Shown one piece after another: positions 52,234-64,000 of a stretch of DNA of 64,000 nucleotides. The translations under genes were made by a program, and so were the position numbers. Position 1 is the stretch's first letter, and every line of letters begins with the position of its first letter. The notes beneath the pieces are model-generated. The model was given only the letters and a program-made list of their open reading frames with translations, was not told the origin of the DNA and ran no database searches. Source of the stretch: Octopus vulgaris (Eukaryota); contig OX597815.1 in the NCBI GenBank assembly GCA_951406725.2, positions 72,912,001 to 72,976,000 on the forward strand. The letters are read 5' to 3'.

Positions 52234-54409
52234 TTTCTGTATCTCGTGCGGGGATATGATATATAAAAAAGGAGATGTGGAACACGAGTTGTGATATATA
52301 AAAAAAGGAAATGAAGAAAATGCTGACAAAAAAAGAACTTTCACCTAATTAAATACACTCTCCCTTACTTAAATTATTTTGTCAGCACTTTCTTCATTTT
52401 CTTTTTTTATATATCACAACTCGTGTTCCACATCTCCTTTTATATATATATATATATATATTTCTCTCTCTCTCGTTACTCACATGTAACAATCGTCCAT
52501 CTGTCTTTTCCTTAAGTGATCATCTTACTTTTCCTTCAGGACTGTCCTAAGGACTAGACGTATTCTATCTCTCTCTTCTATCTTTTCGCTTTTCAAAGAA
52601 AATATTTCTCCAGTGTTCGCTATTTTACCCTCGTTCTGGTCTAACAACTCTCCATGTTTGTTTTCGTTCTGTTTCTTTTTATGTTTCCACTGTCCTGTTT
52701 TTGTTCCCAACTTTGACACTCCATAAATCCAGAATTTTATTTTGGTATTTATGGGAGTAACTATCTTCGAAGACTCACATTGTCGTTGAATGCACGAAAA
52801 GAGGAATAGACAGCCGACAACTGATGAAGGGTTGTTCTTTGTGTTACTTGTCCTGTTTTCCATTTGTTTCTCTCGTTGTTTGCGTATAGAAGTCATTTGT
52901 TTTCGTATTTCATGTTGTTATATACAGCGGCGTACGTACACCCTTGTGCTCACCTTATAGTAGATATGTATCATTCATAAACACAAGAGTATTATTATAG
53001 TAGATTATCTCGGTAACCATGGGAGCTATGAAAAAATACAAAGCCCAGCATCACCACCGGATCATTCTACACATCTGTAATTTTTCGCGCAATTCCGCCC
53101 AGCCGTTTGACCGTGAATCCCAAGACAAAAAAGAATCACCCATGTCAAATTTATATGTATAGATAGCGGCGTGCGTACACCCTTGTGCTCACCTTATAGT
53201 AGGTATGTATCTAAATTTTGTACGACTCTTACTCTATTTTTTATTCCCCCTCTTATTTTCTCCCTTTTTCTCGCTCCCCCTCTCTCACATTTCTTGACCC
53301 TCTCTTTCTTTAACTCTCACTATTTCCCACTCGCTTATCTCCCTGTACCTTTCTCTTTGACTCTGATTTTTTCTAATCCTTCAATCCCGCTGTCCCCTAC
53401 CCATCTCTCTTCCTTCCACGTGACCGGTGTCCGGCCAGCCATGATTTTTCTTTCTTGGCCTGACTGCCGACCGCCAACACCTCTTGTGTCCATCTTCCAT
53501 GTTCCTGCTTTTAGGCTTTCACTTCATACACGCCAGCACAATTTGATTCGTTCTCAGTCGAAAGACGCCTCTTGTTATTTCTTGTTATTTGCATTCGTAA
53601 TTGTGTACCATGTTCTCTGTTGTTTTTTTTGTGTGTCTTCGTTGCCATACACATCCGCTAGCTTTCTTACAAAGGGGTCTAGACTTTCTTGGGGGCAACC
53701 AGATGGTCGTGACTTCCGGGACTTGACTAATGAAAGAAAGCCAAGAATGACCCGTCTTTTTTTGCCTGTCCATCTAATTGTTGTTTCTCTTGTCCGTCTT
53801 TGTATCGTCTATCTATCCAAACGTTTTAATGCCCTCTATTGCGTTTTTGTTCCATTTATATATATACCACATGTATATCTATGCTATCTAACAATATTCA
53901 TGTGTGTCTGTGTGTGTGTAGAGAGAGAGAGCAAACTCAAGCTCATACACCTGCAATAAATATCGGTTTCAAATTTTGACATGAGGCCAGCAACTTCGGT
54001 GTCGGGTGTAAGCCAATTACCTCGACCGCCAGTCCTCAACTGGTACTTATTTTAACGATCTCAAAAGGATGAAAGGATGAAAGTCGACCCCAGCGGAATT
54101 CGAACACAGAACGTAAAGGCGGACAAAATGCCGCTGAGCATTTTGCCCGGCGTGCTAACGATTCTGCCAGGCTCGCCGCCCAACACCTGCAATACATATT
54201 GCATAAGGGAAAAACGCACGCGCCTAAACACACTTAATGACATCACGTTCATTTCATCGTCGTTGTCGTCGTCATTGTTATATGATCGTTATCCTCATCG
54301 GAGCGTTGTCGTTGTAATACTTTTGACTGCTGACGACATCGTCATCGTTTGTTGTCGCCACTGTAATTGTTGCTCTACTTCGTTGTTCATCACATATCCA
54401 CCATCGTAG

Positions 54410-54790
<381 letters not shown>

Positions 54791-55210
54791 TCCGTCTGTT
54801 CTGCTTTTGCACTGCACTCTTCTCTCGTCGGCCAGATTGTGTTACTTGTATTTGTCGAGAAAACACGACTCTGTGTTTAGTTCTCTTTGAACTTCTAAGA
54901 TAATACAAACACACCACAAGTTTGAGCTGTAAGGAAGCTTACCGAGAGAGAGGGAGAGAGGGAGAGAGAGAGAGAGAGAGGGGAGAGAGAGAGAGTGAGA
55001 TGGCGGGGGAGCAAAGGAATCGCAAGTAAATACGAAAAGTAGAAAATAGAATATAGGAAATATAAAGATAGAAATAAATAAATAAATAAATAAATACAGC
55101 GAAAGACAGGAAAAAGAAGAAAAGAGGTAAAAAGCGGGAAACTAATGAAAACAAAAATGAAGGCACCATTACATGTAAGGAATTAATTACAATCATATAC
55201 ATGCATGCAT

Positions 55211-55241
<31 letters not shown>

Positions 55242-56084
55242 TACACACACACACACGCGCGCGCACACACACACACATATATATACTTGCATACATATAT
55301 ATACATGCGTACATATACAGAGGCACGCACATATATATACACATACATATATATATTTACATATGTGCACACACATTCACATGTGTATATATATATATGT
55401 ATATATATATCTATATATCTATATCTATCTGTCTATGTATATATATATATATATAGAGAGAGAGAGATGACAGACAGACAGACAGACAGACAGAGAGAGA
55501 CAGAGAGACAGAGAGACAGAGAGAGAGACAGACAAACAGAGACAGAGACACAGGATGAGACAGACAGACAGAAACAGGGAGGGAAGCAGAAAGAGAGAGA
55601 GAGAGTCAGACAGACAGACAGACAGACAGAGACAGAGGGAGATACTAGTTTCAGTCATTAGACAGCGGCCATGCTAGGGCCCCGCCTTGAAGAATTTTAG
55701 TCAAACGAATCAAACCCAGTACTTTTTCTTTACCTTAAGCCTGGCACTTATTCTATCGGTATTTATACCGAACCGCTACGTTACGGGGACGTAAACACAC
55801 CAGCACCGGTTGTGATGGGAAACAAACACAGACACAAAGACACATACACACATACGCGCGCGCGCACACACACGCATACACATACGCACATGATATAGCT
55901 GTGTGCATGCGTGTATATATGTGTGTGTGCGTGTGTGAGTGTGCGTATGTGTGCGGGCGCGCGTCTATGTGTGAGTGGTGTGTGTGTGTGTGTGTTATGT
56001 TTAACGGCGGTGTCCCAGCACGGTCGCAGCTTTGAACTGAAACCGATAAAAGAATATAAGAATATATATATATTTACAAAAAAG

Positions 56085-56207
56085 GGCTCTGACGAAGGTA
56101 GCATAACTTTTCTAGGTCGTTCAATTTCTCTCAACCGATCAGTGGGGCCTATTGAGTGAGCCTATTAATAACGAATCTATAATGGATACTGGAAACAGCT
56201 GTAAGTC
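56085..56207 (+). ncRNA. Type I hammerhead ribozyme, canonical core, long stem II
   Basis: ggct-CTGACGA-aggta...[96 nt]...tactg-GAAAC-agct-GTA-agtc. Same GAAACAGCTGTA end as 5821-5832. Confidence 0.7.
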
Positions 56208-56306
56208 AAATATACTACAATAAAGAAAAATATGTAATGACTATTATCATGCTTTATCTTGTGTGTGTGTGTGTGTATGTGTATGTCTGTGTGTGTGTGT
56301 GTGAGC

Positions 56307-56360
<54 letters not shown>

Positions 56361-56371
56361 GTATATATATA

Positions 56372-56508
56372 TAGTTGAAATTTACAGAAAAACAAAAGAC
56401 GAAGACAGGTGTATAAACAATAAGCAGGTGTATTAGTTTGATGCTCGAGAAAGTGAGAAAGTCTTTGATATTTCGAGCCTACGCTCTTCAACAGAAAGGA
56501 ACACGATG

Positions 56509-56510
<2 letters not shown>
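56372..56510 (-). mobile_element. Solo Penelope terminal repeat (element-1 family) flanked by (TA)n on both sides
   Basis: Similar to 7930-8060. HHR-like cttt-CTGTTGA-a-gagcgtaggctc-GAAA-tatc-aaag at 56463-56498. Confidence 0.75.
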
Positions 56511-56554
<44 letters not shown>

Positions 56555-56557
56555 TGG

Positions 56558-56616
<59 letters not shown>

Positions 56617-57237
56617 TGCTGGTCTTCCATAAACAACCTTGCCCGGACTTGTGTCTAGGAGGGTAACTTTCTAGGTGCAATCCCATGGTCATTCATGATC
56701 ATACCCTTTATATATATACATACATACATACATATGCAAGAAATCAGCTGCAAGTATTGCGTGTATTTTCACATATCATTTACGTCCAATAGTGTTTAAA
56801 ACGCAGTGGTACCGAGACAATTGTAATTAGTGATAAAATTGTGCTATATCCATTCTTCGTTTTCTTATTTGTTTAATATATACATGTGTGTGTGTGTGTG
56901 CATACGTGCGTGTGTATGTGTGTGCGCGTGCGTGTGCGCGCGTGCGTGTGTGTGTGTGTGTGTGTGTGTTTTCTTACGTCCTTCCTAGCATTAAGTTCGT
57001 CAACCCCGTGATACTTTCATCAGGATGTCCAATTTTTAAAATAACGAACGTTGGGATGTGCGCTTCGTTTTCATATTATTTCTATAATCTTAGTTGTTGT
57101 TTTTTCTATCAAGGAGTGTTGTAGTAGGTAGAAATACCATTGTAGGAAATGATCTAATGCGTTTTCCGACTGTTATTTTTGCATATTACGTCGGGCATCT
57201 GTGACTCTGTTAATTATTATTATTATTATTATTATTA

Positions 57238-57296
<59 letters not shown>

Positions 57297-57304
57297 TTCA
57301 TCAC

Positions 57305-57358
<54 letters not shown>

Positions 57359-57379
57359 TGTTGTTGTTGTTGTTGTTGT

Positions 57380-57650
57380 TACTTTTTATCACAGTTTTTG
57401 TTGGAACTCCTGGAGTTGCAACATGCTATCCGTTCTTGTCATGCTATCCCTTCTTTTCAGCTATCTAATACTTTCCTGATTATTCTGGCCGTGCCAAGGA
57501 GATAAACCTTTTGTAACAGTTCTGCTGGGCTACTCTATTTCAATTTCCTTGATATCCCTCTTCATGCCTTCTGATACTGTTCTCAAGGACCCAACAATAA
57601 TTGGCACTATCTTCACCGTCTTCATTTTCCATAGCCGGGCTATTTCGTAA
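57380..57650 (-). mobile_element. R4/Dong-like RLE retrotransposon 3' end (copy 1)
   Basis: YEIARLWKMKTVKIVPIIVGSL...LLQKVYLLGTARIIRKVL. Bounded by (TTG)n/(TTA)n. Confidence 0.75.
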
Positions 57651-57779
57651 TTATTATTATTATTAAATATTTACTTCCCTTCTTTCTTATGTTTTTTTAT
57701 CATTTCATTATATGTAAACCCCCACACTTTATGTCTGTCTTTGTATTGTCCCCCTCATCTTTCACCCTCGTGGCAAATA

Positions 57780-57838
<59 letters not shown>

Positions 57839-57924
57839 CAATTATTATTATTACTGTTGTTGTTGTTGTTGCTGTTGTTGTTGCTGTTGTTGTTGTTGTT
57901 GTTGTTGCTATTATTATTATTAGT

Positions 57925-58806
57925 TACTTTTAATTTGCATGTTTGTTACAATCACTCGCCGAGACACACCCAGCGTCCTAGGGCAAGTGAAGGTTAAGAT
58001 GTTTTACACTATGACTGAAAGTTTGAGGAGGCCAAGTGGCAGGGGCAGTAGCGATATATCTTCATGTAATACAACACATTCATTTAAATTGATAGGGTTT
58101 TTCTAAGGATGTACTTGTCAGCACAATCTTTGGGATTTCTCTGAGACATGGTTCTCCTGGGATATTATCTAGATGTTTCTGACATCCCTTTCTTATCATA
58201 CCTCGGGTATCCACAATAACAGGAACAGTTCTCGATTTAAGATGCCACATCTGTTGCATTTCAATTTCCACGTCCTTATATTTACTTAATTTGTCAAATC
58301 CTTTTACTGATATATTTTGTTATCAATGGGAACCCTCACATCTATTAGTCTACAGGTATTTTCTTCCCTGTCTTTAATGACTATGTTTGGTCGATTAGCC
58401 TGGATCGTTCAGCTGGTGTTGACTGGAAAATCCCAGAGGATAGCGACATTTTTACCTCCAACGACTAGCTCAGGATGATGTTCATACCTGTAAGCAGCAG
58501 TGCCAATTTTGTAGTGTTTACATATTTTCCAATGTAAATACTGTCCAACCCTATCGCAGCGATTTTTGTATTCGTTTGGTATTAGTACAGGACATCCCGA
58601 AACGAGATGGTCAATTGTTTCATCAAATTTATCACAGAATCTGCATTTAGGATCAGAACCGTTTCGAAGAAAGTTAGCGTGGTAGTTTTTTGGTAAGCAA
58701 TCTTTGATCTTGTGCCTCCAATATGAAACCTTCAGTGTCTGCTTTCAGACCTGAGCTTTCTCAGCCACTGACGGTTTGTTGCTCGGGCTACATCAACATT
58801 TTGACT
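57925..58806 (-). mobile_element. R4/Dong-like RLE retrotransposon 3' portion (copy 2)
   Basis: CCHC finger KCRFCDKFDETIDHLVSGC, then RVGQYLHW, ILWDF, ANRPNIVI, LIDV and EIEMQQMWHLKSRTVPVIV. Both ends lie in (TTA)n. Confidence 0.85.
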
Positions 58807-58831
58807 TATTATTATTATTATTATTATCATC

Positions 58832-58862
<31 letters not shown>

Positions 58863-58863
58863 A

Positions 58864-58896
<33 letters not shown>

Positions 58897-59021
58897 TTTT
58901 TTTCTTCTTCAAATTTTCATCATTTCATCATCATCATCATCATCATTATTAAACAAACTCATCATTCATCAAAGTCAAATTAAATGCATCAGCAACAGTT
59001 CTCATCATGCTCTTCTCATCA

Positions 59022-59181
59022 TGTGATGTACCAGTTAAGACAATCTTTTGCACTTCTTGCAGGGATGGTAAGCCAGGGATCATTCTCATATAATTTTCGG
59101 TTCCCTTCTTGATCATTCCTAGTGCTCCTACGATCACTGGTATTGTAACCGCCTTGAGATGCCACATTTCTCAATTTCAAT
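59022..59181 (-). mobile_element. R4/Dong-like RLE retrotransposon 3' end (copy 3)
   Basis: MWHLKAVTIPVIVGALGMIKKG...LQEVQKIVLTGTSH. The 5' end lies in (TTA)n. Confidence 0.8.
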
Positions 59182-59182
59182 G

Positions 59183-59235
<53 letters not shown>

Positions 59236-59334
59236 CTATTATCGCTATTATTCTTCTTCTTCTTCTTCTTCTTCTTCTTCTTCTTCTTCTATCACTCTTC
59301 TTCTTCTAATTATTTTTTTATTGCTGTTATTAGT

Positions 59335-61000
59335 TTATTTCCGGCCCATAACCCTGCTAAATGCAAAATTTAAAATCATGGCTAAAGTGTGAGCGAAGAG
59401 GTTGGCGATTGCAGCTGCTATTTTGGACATGGTAGCACAAACGTGTGTAATCCCCAACAAATACATCTGCAACAACCTCTAAGTTATGCAATGCATCATT
59501 AGTAGCAAATCTACCGTTGATGAAGCCCTGATCAATTTCGATCAGTCGAAAGCTTTCAATAAAGTCAACTATCGCTCCTTGGCACCAATCATAAAAACAG
59601 CCAGCTCCGAGCTCGTTTTCAGAGACTGGATCACAGCAATGCACACTGACGCTTAATCGGTTGTCAAAATTAACGGCTACCTCACGGATCCGTTTCATAT
59701 TGTGCTCTCGATCCATCAGGGTTGTCCTCTGTCATCTTTTCTATACGTACTGGCTCTTGAACTATTGCTGCGGAAGTTAGAACTCTCAATGGGCGAACTA
59801 GTATCCAGGAGTGCTGTGTCGGCGTATGTGGATGACATCACCGTAATAGTTCAAGTAATTAAAAAGGAATCCGATGTGATGGCTGGAGCAAGATAAATTC
59901 GGACAAATCGGTGGGCTTTCAGCTCAGCATCTGGAGAGGCAAATCTAGCTCATCGAACAGCATAGGAGACCGATGGACAGGCGGACCAGTTAATTGCTCG
60001 GGGTCTGGTTTGGTCAGGATAACCAGGTGGAGAGGAATAGGGATGAGATTACGAGCAGGCTTGCCAGCCCCACTCAGAAATGAGCTGAGAAGGGACAATC
60101 CCTGAAATGTCGAGCAGAGGTGGCGACTACCTATATCATCTCCACAACTTACTTCCTGACCATTGCATATTCTTCCAGTTCGCCTTTGGCCAGACTGGAG
60201 CGTCTACTTTTCCGCTTCCGGTAGATGGGACGCGTTCTACCGATCAGACAGTCCATCTATTACCAGAGTCCTCTGGAAGGCGGGTTTGTCATGCTATGAC
60301 TGCTGATGTGCAGACATGCGGTGCGGCTATGCCACTTACAAATTTTCCAGACAGTGAGCAAGTGTGGTCTCCGTTTGTAAGACACACCTTCCCGCAGCTC
60401 ATCTCTTTGACAGAACGTTAGCCTTGTGTCAAGAAAAGACCAAGATTGGGTCGCTGAAACTTGAAATGTCGTCAGACATTCACCGCCCTCAAACAGTTAG
60501 ACTATGCGACCGGTGAAAGGTCTACATTAGCAATATATAGAGATCTAGTGGTTGGCAAGAGCGATGGCGTTCTCGAGGAAACTCTAGACGTCGTCGAGGA
60601 CGATCTAGCCTGCTCTGTTTCAGTCGGGGTAACCATTTATAACTTCCAGAAATCCTGGTCTGGCATTGCTGCCGAGGAGCACAGCCGGTTCAAAGTAAAG
60701 TTTTCAGGCACAGAAGTGTTCCCTGTCGGGACTGTCCGAGATGTGCGCAGAGTGAGAAAATGGAAAATGTATGAACTGTAAAACTCGAAACAAGTTTTGA
60801 TTCGTTGTTGGTCGCTGTAAGGTCGAGAAGTGTAGAGGAAAACTGTCATTTCGGGACAGATAAGTAAGTTGCATAGCTGATGATAAGAAGCCGAATGGTA
60901 AAACACTTACTTCACTGGCAACATAAGTGACTATACACCGGTCTGCAGAGCAGCTAGAGTCATCGATGCAGCGGTCCTCGGAGAAGCGAAAGATCAAACT
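59335..61000 (+). mobile_element. L1/Tx1-clade LINE RT remnant
   Basis: YFRPITLLNAKFKIMAKV, FDQSKAFNKV, IHQGCPLSSFLYVLALE, SAYVDDITV. Many stops and frameshifts. Confidence 0.8.
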
Positions 61001-61460
61001 GGCTCTTCCATTTTATAGCATTTTATCCAGAGAATAGTCCATTTCCTTGATCAGTCCATTTTTGGTATAATCTCGATTTAATAGAGGTAACGATCGCTGA
61101 AAAGGCATAGAGGCACAATATTTCCATTGCTTTAAAAAAGTTGGAGGTAAGGTAGAGGTTTAGGTGACAATTCAGCAGAGTAAAAGAGTCTCTGTTGTGT
61201 TTCTGCATATTGAAAAGTAAAGAAACTAAATAAAAATTCGGTGTGAGGAGAGGGACTATTTCGGAAGTCCGAATATTTGGGGACGGGAGACTGGTTAAAG
61301 TTTTCGCTTTTCGTTATCTGTTTGATTATATCGTAGTGGTGTTGGTGGTAGAGTGTTGAAGTTGTTGATAGTGGCGAGGTTGAAATATGGAGCTAAAAGA
61401 GAGAGACACCAAGAAGCGTTGTGTATGTAAAACGGAGTAAATCGGGTTAAAGCTTGTATA

Positions 61461-62707
61461 TCAGGTAATCCCATAAGTTCTGTCCGAATTTTGAATAAAG
61501 AAAACAAGTGATCAAATGTTATATTTAATTGAAATTTAGTCATCAATGTACTTTTCCTGATTACCTATGACTTCCTTCCATCTATTTACAAGCTTTTTAA
61601 TCCCATCAATTAAAACTCTTTTGGTTTCAAAACAAAGAACTCTGAAATGTCAGTTTCAACCTCCTCCTGTCTTGCAAAAGTTATGTCCCCCAAATGATTC
61701 TGTAAACTACAAAACAAATGGTAGTCTGAAGGAGCAAGGTCGGGAGAATAAGGTGGATGAGGAATTTTTTCCCAACCAAGCTCTTCGATCTTGTGTGATG
61801 TGATCTTTGCAGTGTGGGGTCGCGCATTATCCTGATGAAACATCACTCCTTTTCGATTCACTAAAGCGGATCTTTGTTTTCTTCGAAGCTTGGTTCAAAC
61901 GCTTTAATTGCTGACAGTAGACTTAAGCATTGATTGTTGCATTAGGTGGTAACAATGCAAACTGAATTACTCCTTTGCAATCCCACCAGATAGAGAGAAG
62001 AAACGTTTTCCCATGAAGTTCCCTTCTCGGTTGTGGTTGAGCTTTTTCCGTTTTACCAAGCCACTGTTTACGACGTTTAACATTTCGATAGAAGATTCAT
62101 TTTTCGTCACCAGTCACAAGTCTATCTATGTGTTCGCGAGAATGGAGAGAAGAGCAGACAATTCATGAGGCACCCACTTCCCAAGTTTAGGAACCTTTCC
62201 AAGTTGTTGAAGATGACGATGAACAGTTGTATGGTTTGGACTAAGCTTTATTATCAATTCTTCAACTGATAATGCAGGATTTTCTTCAAGTAATGCCTCA
62301 AGGAGTTTATCATCAAACTCTGCTGGATGTCTTGTTCGATCTTCATCTTCAAGGCTGAAATCTCCACTTCTGAATTTTGCAAACCATCTTCCGCAGGTTC
62401 TTTCATTCAAGCATTCTTTCCCATAAACTGAGTGTTATGTTTAAAGTCGCTTCGGCAGCAGAGTTTCCTTTTTTTGTACTCATAAAGCATAATGTACCCC
62501 AAATGCTCTTTGGATACTTCCATGTTAGAAAGGGTTTTAATCAAAGAAATTTTAATTCTATTATTCTGTAAAATAATAATTAATTAGTTTAAATGTACAC
62601 AAATGCATAAAAATAATTTTTTATCCCATTAGACATTCTAAAATACTATTAAATTTCATTCAATTTTTAAAAAGGTAAAATCGGACAGAACTTATGGGAT
62701 GATCGCA
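61461..62707 (-). mobile_element. Full-length mariner element (DD34D), transposase pseudogene ~61536-62523
   Basis: TIRs atcccataagttctgtccga / tcggacagaacttatgggat, with TA at left. Motifs WFAKFRSGDFSLED, KWVPHELS, HQDNARPH, HPPYSPDLAPSDYHLF. Confidence 0.93.
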
Positions 62708-62740
62708 CATTTGTATTTACTATTGAATGTGCATGTATGT

Positions 62741-62795
<55 letters not shown>

Positions 62796-64000
62796 CGTGC
62801 GTGTACGTATGTGTGTGTGTTTATGCGTGTGTATGTGCGTGTACGTGCATGTGTATGTATGCGTGTATGTGTGTATGCGTGTATGTGTGTGTGTGTTTGT
62901 GTGTGTGTGTATGTGTGTGCACTTGTGCGTAAGTGTTTATGTGTTTGAGTGCTGATGTAGGAAATTGCCTTTTAATCAGATAAACTGGTGTTTAAACAAA
63001 TACAGCACAAACAGACAGACAGACAGACATACAGACGCACCATTCGTCGTCGATGTAACGTCATTGAGTGTTTGTCATCTTCTTTTGCTGTTTCATTCGT
63101 GAAAAATTACTAGAGTGAAAGAGTGTGTGTGTGTATGTGTGTACGAGAGAGAGTGTGTATGTATGTGAGCGAAAGAGTGTGTATATCTGTAAGCGAGAGG
63201 GAGGCAGAGAAGCGAGAGAGAGAGAGAGAGAGAGAGAGAATAAAGCTTATCCGTTCAAGTAGTGTTTGATAGTTTCTAATGACTAAGGACGGTTTGATGT
63301 TGACTAAAGCTTTTGTTGAGGGCAGTAAAATTATCGGCTTTTTCTTTTTGTTTCATACATCTCCTCTCCATCTCTCTTGCTCTTGCTCTCTTTCACCCCC
63401 TCTATCTCTTTCCTTACTTCCTATAATCTCTCTTTCTCCCTGTCTTCAATATTTCGCTTTCTTTTGGTCACTCACGCAATAATCTTTTTTTTATCTGCAC
63501 TCTATCTTTTTATCTCTTACTCTCTTCTTTCTCTTTCTCTTTCTCTTTTCTTTCTTTCTCTCTCTCTCTCTCTATCTCTCTCACACATACACACACATGT
63601 TTACTTCTCACGTATCTCCTTTACATACACACACACACACACGCGCACATACAAACATACACAAGCACACAATTACACATACTCTCCCTCTCTCTCTCTT
63701 TCTGTCTCTCTCTTACTCTTTCTCTCTCTCTCTCTCACTCTTCTCTCTCATTCTACACTACACATCTTTCTATCTCTTTTATTCTCCTACAAACTCTCTC
63801 ATTCCCTTTCCAAAATCCTTCGTTATGGCACCATCACCCCAACACACCGATCTCTTTCCATCTCTTTTAAATTCAGTCTCTTTCTGTTCTCTTTCGTTTA
63901 TTCAAAATTCTTCTCTTTCTTTCTTTCTTTCCTTTCTTTCTTCTTTCCTTCTTTCTTCCTTCCTTCTTTTCTTTCTTTCTTTCTTTCTTTCTGTCTTTCT

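Larger units (their letters stand above)
48081..52441 (-). mobile_element. Penelope-like retroelement 2, full length with inverted 5' terminal repeat, inserted in (TA)n
   Basis: LSKGLKF, ADKGSAVV, FYGIPKIHK, RPIISG, FDVVNLYSNIP, GTAMGTKTAPTYANL, RYLDD, FLDI; Cys linker CNRPNCGIC; GIY-YIG NLVYVLTCSGC..YIGQT. 48082-48156 is the reverse complement of 52331-52407. Confidence 0.93.

Noticed and set aside
53665-53756. SECIS or HDV-like ribozyme in the gggtc...gaccc hairpin
   Set aside because: The AUGA/GA quartet spacing and the HDV nested pseudoknot could not be built.
53171-53959. 262-aa ORF
   Set aside because: Pyrimidine-rich, stop-poor repeat sequence with a GTG start and no recognisable domain; probably a retroelement UTR or terminal repeat.
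63350-64000. Long polypyrimidine tract
   Set aside because: Ordinary degenerate (CT)/(CTTT)n microsatellite; no exon evident in the window.

Overview
AT-rich, microsatellite-saturated eukaryotic DNA. The SINE families and repeat landscape look like a cephalopod, most likely Octopus; this is inferred from recall, not searched. There is no intact host gene. The only candidate is a possible gene 5' end on the minus strand near 2.2-3.3 kb. Nearly all ORFs in the track are microsatellite artefacts. The window is a transposon graveyard: two near-full-length but frameshifted Penelope-like retroelements (RT + GIY-YIG; ~7.9-11.8 kb and ~48.1-52.4 kb, both minus), a Naiad-like PLE fragment, three tRNA-derived SINE families, mariner/Tc1/Tigger/pogo/hAT elements and MITEs, Helitron remnants, and RTE, CR1/L2, Tx1 and R4/Dong LINE fragments. 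The most interesting signal is at RNA level. At least nine type-I hammerhead-ribozyme (HHR) motifs can be read by eye. Three have intact canonical cores, one has a canonical core with a GUG triplet, and the others have variant cores (CUGUNGA, CCGACGA, UUGAUAA/GCAA). They sit in Penelope terminal repeats or short solo terminal repeats that land in (TA)n/(CA)n tracts, often inside the internal microsatellite of one SINE family. In two cases a duplicated segment begins at the predicted ribozyme cleavage site. All folds were made by eye and need computational and biochemical confirmation.
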